Source: Eledone cirrhosa
Taxonomy: Eukaryota
Reading direction: 5' to 3'
Assembly (NCBI GenBank): GCA_964016885.1
Contig: OZ024743.1
Span: 62,062,001-62,126,000 of the forward strand
DNA length: 64,000 nt
Every line of letters begins with the position of its first letter. Positions within the stretch are counted from its first letter, which is position 1. The notes beneath the pieces were generated by a model. It made no database searches, was not told where the DNA came from, and saw nothing but the letters and a program-made list of their open reading frames with translations. The position numbers and the translations under genes were made by a program. Below are positions 57,519 to 64,000 of this stretch, in pieces.

Positions 57519-57639
57519 GTGTGTGTGTGTGAATGTGTATATGCGAGTGTATGTGTGTATGTGTATATGCGTGTATATGTGTGAATGTGTGTGTCTCTTT
57601 ATGGGTGTGCTTGTAAATAGTCAAACGTGATATAATAGT

Positions 57640-58052
57640 TCTTTCCAACATTGCCACGCGGGGAAAGTGGGAAATCGATTGTATCGGCTCCAGTATTTAA
57701 CTGATACTTTATTTTATTGACCTCGGAAGGATGATAGACGAAGTTGACCTCAGTGGGATTTGAACTCAGTTTATAAAGAGCCGGGAGAAATGCCGGGAAA
57801 CACTTTGTCCAAGGCTCTAACAATTCTGATAATCCTCCACTCCTATTTGTAGTTCAACAATGGTCTCTAATTAAAGCACAAGCCCATCAATTTAGGGAGA
57901 AGGGGGAAACAGTCGATTACATCGGATCCACTATTTAACTGGGACTATATTTCGTCGACCCGGAAGGATAAAAGGCAAAGTAGACCTTAGTGGGTTTTAA
58001 ACTCAGAACGTAAAGAACCGGGACAAATACCGCTCAGAATTTTGTTCGACTC
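57640..58052 (-). mobile_element. Two tandem Octopus-type SINEs
   Basis: Reverse complement of the SINE core (TTTGAACTCAG, GACCTCAGTGGGA, GGAT.AAAGGCAAAGT). Confidence 0.7.
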
Positions 58053-58609
58053 TCCAGCGATTCTGCCAACCTCCAGACTTTGTTAGTGGTATAATGTTAA
58101 GGATACAATAGAGACTAATGTCATTGGTGTCGTTTTTGTTGTAATTGTTGTTTAACCAACAGTTTAGGTTTAAATCTTCATGCCTATGACGAATGGGTTC
58201 CATACATGACCACCCAGTCATTAATTCTCCCACTGTTGATCTTGGACTTGATTTCCACAAGTTTTCTTTTAAATCACTGAAACCGCCGGCCCCTCCCTTC
58301 TGACCTTAGCTCTTCACTATATTCACTCTGCATCGCGTCACGTATTGAGTACTAGCTTGATTTCTGGTTTCTCCGTCCTAACATCATGGGTGATGTGTGT
58401 GTAGATGTGTAAATATATATATATATGTGTATGTGTGCGTTTGTGTGTGTGTGTGTGTTTGTGTGTGAACGCAATCCAATCGCACCAATTGCACCATTTT
58501 CTAATGATTGCTGAACTTATTGAGTACTTAACTTTAATTGTAGATCGCTTCCGTTCTTTAACAGAGCAACGTCCTAATATATGTGTATATATATATATAT
58601 ACGTGTGTG

Positions 58610-58653
<44 letters not shown>

Positions 58654-58828
58654 GCAAGAAACAGGGAGTGTGGAGGGAATTATAAAACAAGAGTATGTAT
58701 TGTTTATGCACCTACAAACCACGCCACACCAGTTCAAAGTACATTATGTCTAGAATATAAAGCAAGATTTCTGAATAATTACTTTTCATATTAGCAGAAA
58801 AGAGCGAACAGCAGTTAATATATATATT

Positions 58829-58946
<118 letters not shown>

Positions 58947-59032
58947 CGTGTGAATGTGTGTATATATATATATTATATATGTATGTATATATAATATATA
59001 TGTAATATATATATGTATGTATATATAATATA

Positions 59033-59074
<42 letters not shown>

Positions 59075-59101
59075 ATTATATATATATATTCATATATATA
59101 T

Positions 59102-59132
<31 letters not shown>

Positions 59133-59194
59133 TTATCCTTATCGAGCCCTCTTTGGATTTTAGTCTTCAAATTTATTATTATTACTATATATAT

Positions 59195-59290
59195 GTTAAC
59201 TTTGCCTTTCATCCTTACGAGGTCGTTAAAATAAAGTACCAGTAATGTACTGGTAATTGGTGGCCTTGTGCCAAAAGTAGAAACAATTAC
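59195..59290 (+). mobile_element. Octopus-type SINE 3' half
   Basis: GTTAACTTTGCCTTTCATCCTTACG...GGCCTTGTGCCAAAAGTAGAAAC. Confidence 0.8.
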
Positions 59291-59294
59291 TATA

Positions 59295-59375
<81 letters not shown>

Positions 59376-59390
59376 ATATATATAAATATT

Positions 59391-59441
<51 letters not shown>

Positions 59442-59928
59442 GCATATATATATAGATATATATACTATATATATATATATTATTTATACATATATATATA
59501 TATACATATATATATATATTATATATACACACATATACATATATATATATGCAAATGTATATGTGTGTGTGTGAGAGAGAGAGAGTGTGTGTGTGTAATG
59601 AAGGACTATAAAAACATATAATTTGCGTGTTTGTATGTGAGTGTGTGTATATATGTGGAAATATGTTGATGTGTGTATGTGTGTGTTTACATGCCGGAAG
59701 AAACCAGTTTTACAATAATTATCACAAATACTGACCCAGACACAAATATTTAGAGACGGACAGCCGTTAATATATATGTATTCGTAGACATATTAATGCA
59801 TGTATATGTGTGTTTGTACATTATGTATGCACACACATACATACACATACACACACAAACACACACGCACATATATATATATATATATATATATGCATAT
59901 CTCTCCATTTTATGTGTGTGTATATAAC

Positions 59929-59973
<45 letters not shown>

Positions 59974-59994
59974 TTTAATTTGTTCTTATAACAA

Positions 59995-60052
<58 letters not shown>

Positions 60053-60377
60053 ATTTATATATACATACACATACACATATATACACATATTATGTGTGTA
60101 TATATGTATATATAGATATATATATACATACATACTTATACTCATATGTAAACTATTAAACATCTATTTATGTAGTGCATATTTTAATGTTTTTATGTGG
60201 AAGAAAGCACACACAAGCATATGGTTGTATTCTCTTTCGCCCTCTCTCCCCCTCTCTCTCTTTCCTCTCCTCCCCCTCTCTCTATATATATATATACATA
60301 TATATACATACATACACATGTATATACATGTATATATATATATATATTTTCCCCTTTTTTCCTATTCTTTGCATTAT

Positions 60378-60407
60378 CCTGAAGAAGGGCTTATACCCGA
60401 AATGTCG
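60378..60407 (+). ncRNA. Minimal Penelope-type hammerhead core
   Basis: CTGAAGA-aGGG cttata CCC-GAAATGTC. Stem I is only 1 bp; the motif sits in a short module flanked by (TA)n. Confidence 0.55.
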
Positions 60408-60866
60408 TTTCCCCCTCCACCACCCACCCCCACTCTCAAGAGCGTGAACCTGATAAAGCTTTATTTGTCTGCCTCTCTGTTTTGTTCCCGTCTAAATTTG
60501 CACTATATATATATATATGATAATAATAGGCTGCCCGTTGCAAATGGTTGGGCATATGAAAAAGTAAGTCCTTCATCAGTGACCCTCCAACCGTCCCAGG
60601 CATTTCATCGCTTTAAGGGCCATATGCCTCAGGTTGGTGCGAACAACGGCTAAAAAAAGTCGTTGGGACACGTAAACAAAGGGGACGCCAGTGTAACAAA
60701 CAAAAAGGTTTAAGCAACGGAAAGGGAGAAGAAATAGACAAGTCCCAGATCTCTATGAATATAAACTCGGTGAAATCGTGAACAAGAGACAAAAGACCAT
60801 CAAACCTGGTTGAAATGTGAGCAAGGAAAGAATTTCGCACAAGTCTGACAGGGGGGAAAAAGGAGA

Positions 60867-60945
60867 GAAGAAGAAGAAGAAGAAGAAGAAGAAGAAGAAG
60901 AAGAAGAAGAAGAAGAAGAAGAAGAAGAAGAAGAAGAAGAAGAAG
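60867..60945. repeat. (GAA)n microsatellite
   Basis: Direct reading. Confidence 0.98.
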
Positions 60946-61303
60946 GGGTCTGGTCTACGAATTCGGTAAACATAAGTTTTGTGAAGTCGCAGACGAAAGA
61001 GAGAGAGAGAAAAAAATTTCCATACCAGCTTGGTCAAGACCGCGCGAGAAAAGAATTACACACAGGTCAAACTTGAAGGAGGAGGAGGAAAGAGGAGGAG
61101 GAGAGGTAGTGACAGAGAATGAGTGAGTGAAAGTTGAGGAGGAGGCTAACAGAGAGAGTGACTGCTAGAAAGGGTAAACACGAACAGACGAGTGGCAGCA
61201 GAATATATATATATTTATAAGTTTATCCCGGGTTGAATCGGAGGTAACCACAGTAAGTAAGGTACTCAATACATAGCAGAGTATAAATATTTAATATAGA
61301 AAT

Positions 61304-61353
61304 GGCTTCTACGGGACTAGACTGTTTCATTTGGGAGAAATCATCAGGAAGCC
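61304..61353 (-). ncRNA. Type I hammerhead ribozyme
   Basis: Minus strand: GGCTTC-CTGATGA-tttctcccaaat-GAAAC agtctagtccc GTA-GAAGCC. Perfect 6-bp stem I, weak stem II. Confidence 0.72.
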
Positions 61354-61781
61354 GACTGTCCAAGTAATGTGGTGGTATTTATACATTTTCTGGTGGCAGG
61401 AGAGGGTGGTGGTTGGGATGGGTGGAGGTCATTGGTTGAAGGATTTATATATATATATATATATATATGTATATAGCTACATACACACACAGATATATAT
61501 ATATTTATGTGTGTATGAGAGAAAGAGAGAGATTGTGTGTGTGTGTGAGAGAGAGAGACAGAGAAAGAGAATGTGTGTGTGTGTATTAATTTGCTTTAGA
61601 CATCAGAAACGAGGCCATAGTGGAGCACCACCTTTACAGTTCAATATACTTTGCATGTTGTGTCGTCTCTCTATATATCCAGAAATCAAATGTTTTATTT
61701 ATTTTATTTTACTTTTAGAGGGCCGCGAGGGCCCAGTGTATATGGATTCTCCATGAATTAACTGAATCTGCTCTGCTTCCA

Positions 61782-61970
61782 GGTGGATTGGCAGTATCGG
61801 TAGAGGGTTGGACGCCATGCTTTGAAGCATAGAGTTACGGCCCTTGCCATTCTGAGTTCAAATCCCGCCGAGGTTAACTTTGCCTTTCATCCTTACGGGG
61901 TCGATAAAATAAAGTACCAGTAATGCACTGGGTAATTGCTGGCCTTGTGCCAGAAAGTAGAAACAATTAT
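61782..61970 (+). mobile_element. Octopus-type tRNA-derived SINE (well preserved)
   Basis: TTGGCAGTATCGGTAG..GAGTTCAAATCCCGCCGAGGTTAACTTTGCCTTTCATCCTTACGGGGTCGATAAAATAAAGTACCAGT. Confidence 0.85.
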
Positions 61971-62376
61971 AATACTTTACAGATGACTGCTCTGGTATGT
62001 TAGAGAGAAATACATCTAGACACTATTAAAAGCCACAAAGTAAATGTAGTAACTTGTGGGCATCCTTTAGGGAAAAAGTTGTACTACTGATAGACTTTGA
62101 TTGCCAAACAGTTGCAGTATATTTTCCTGTTGTGAAACGTTAAGCAAATGAGGTTGTTGACCTGACCTTGAATATGTGATTCGTCTTCTTTTATTCTCTT
62201 CTATAAGCCAATATAAGAACAATATTTTAAAGAATTGTTCTCAAACATACACGCACACACGCTCACACACACGCACACACGCTCACACACACGCACACAC
62301 GCTCACACACACGCACGCATGCATACATGAAGACATACATATATAAATACATACACACACACACATATATATATGG

Positions 62377-62416
<40 letters not shown>

Positions 62417-62432
62417 GTATATGTATGTGTGT

Positions 62433-62482
<50 letters not shown>

Positions 62483-62483
62483 A

Positions 62484-62593
<110 letters not shown>

Positions 62594-62684
62594 TGTGTGT
62601 GTGTGTGTGTGTGTGTTCACTGGACCTTCCCAAACATGCAAGCGCTTGCCTGCAGCATTTCAACTCACTCACATAATTGTGTAA

Positions 62685-62773
62685 ACATCTGATGATGTCA
62701 CACCAGTGCAGGTTGCTGTTGTAATGATTGCATAAAAGCTCCACACTGGTGTCACTGAAATACGTATGATAAA
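62685..62773 (+). ncRNA. Degenerate hammerhead ribozyme (C.C subfamily)
   Basis: CTGATGA-TGT C ACACCAGTG...CACTGGTGT C ACT-GAAA TACGTATG. G at the cleavage position and a weak stem I. Confidence 0.55.
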
Positions 62774-63404
62774 ATGAATACAATTATGTAACATCCGTCT
62801 TAACGTTTATTTCATATATATTATCCCCATAAATTTTACGTGCCTTATCAAAACCGCAAAGAAATTGACACCAAGCCAGTGTACAACAGGAACTCAAAAA
62901 AATACCAACCATACGTTTAAACATGACCTTATCTTCCATATACATACCACGTTAGACATAAAGGGAATAAAAAAAACACTAATCACGTACTTTACAATTA
63001 TACCCCAAAACACCCACACCCACGCATAAAAATAACGAAACATACTAATTACTTGTACGGAGGCGACGAACGTCATCAAGCTGCAGCCATCATATTACGT
63101 CATTATGTAATCAGTATACTTCCCGCCCAGAGGTATAGCCTATCATTCCCATTGGTGTTCCAAAAGGAATCTGAATATTTATCTTATATGTGTTAGGGAT
63201 TCCCAAATTGTCGACCTCAACATACCGGTGAGCCGAGATGGAGCAAGATCCTATTTCAAAATGAGACAAATAAAATTTGAAATTCATTGATATATATAGC
63301 AAAGTGGGAGACAACTAAACTAAGAATGAAAACATTGTTTCTCATTGATATCATAACTCTTCACCATATATTGACTAATATATTGACTATCGAAAGAAGA
63401 CGAT

Positions 63405-63835
63405 CACGAATGAAAGCGTGAAAGCGACTGAAATAGGTTTTCTCCAAAGGGTCTTTGGAGTAACATTATTCGATAAAGTGCGTAGCTCGGAGATCAGAGA
63501 GTCACTCCGCGTAGAGCCGCTACTTCTCTGAATTGAGAAATAAAAGTTCCGATACTATGGACATGTGGTTAGAATGTCTCAGAAAAGAATCACTGGACAG
63601 ATTTTACGGGCAAAACCAAATGGGAAGGAGTCCCAGAGGTAGTTCCCGAGCAAGATAGTTAGATAACATCCATGATTTCGGCGTGGCCCACCTGAGGATC
63701 CAGTGGGATCAGTTGGAGACGATTGCTTCTGGCAGGACACCCTGGAAGGAGTGTTTGGGGACTCTATTCCCATGACCCTCTCAAGAAGAAGAAGAAGAAG
63801 AAGAAGAAGAAGAAGAAGAAGAAGAAGAAGAAGAA
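63405..63835 (+). mobile_element. RTE-clade LINE 3' fragment with (GAA)n tail
   Basis: Homologous to 15690-16092. Confidence 0.85.
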
Positions 63836-64000
63836 ATAATTTCTTATTATACCACTTTTGAATAAATTTTCGAATGTAGGTATGTTGTGCGACAATATTT
63901 TCATTTGTTCTAAAATTAAAAAAAAATAATTTTGTGAATCACTGGTATATACATAGATAGGTTTGCGTACCTACATTTGTATATATGTACGTTTATAATA

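Noticed and set aside
60525-60586. Minus-strand CTGATGA followed by a hairpin
   Set aside because: No GAAA or cleavage triplet follows.
63111-63314. YKINIQIPFGTPMG, reminiscent of Penelope RT motif B
   Set aside because: No flanking RT motifs are recognisable.

Overview
AT-rich, microsatellite-saturated eukaryotic DNA. The tRNA-derived SINEs resemble the Octopus OK/OR families (recalled, not searched), so the source is probably a coleoid cephalopod. I found no credible host protein-coding exon; almost all listed ORFs are microsatellite read-through or transposon remnants. Recognisable mobile elements are: two full-length but disabled R4/Dong-like RT+RLE retrotransposons in (TACA)n plus two fragments of sister families; a full-length Tx1/L1-clade element in (GATA)n; two CRE-clade 3' ends; RTE fragments and an RTE-derived concatemer; a Buster-type hAT with TIRs and an 8-bp TSD; mariner and Helitron remnants; and many SINEs. 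The main unexpected signal is non-coding. About a dozen type I hammerhead ribozyme (HHR) motifs lie on both strands, in short Penelope-like inverted or tandem modules wedged into (TA)n tracts. One HHR subfamily has a covarying stem II with an invariant C.C mismatch and a (UA)n-type palindromic stem III. Other highlights are a 310-bp HHR dimer, a nearly invariant 616-bp tandem array, and a candidate HDV-like fold at the 5' end of RTE-derived units. All structures were folded by eye and none has been tested.
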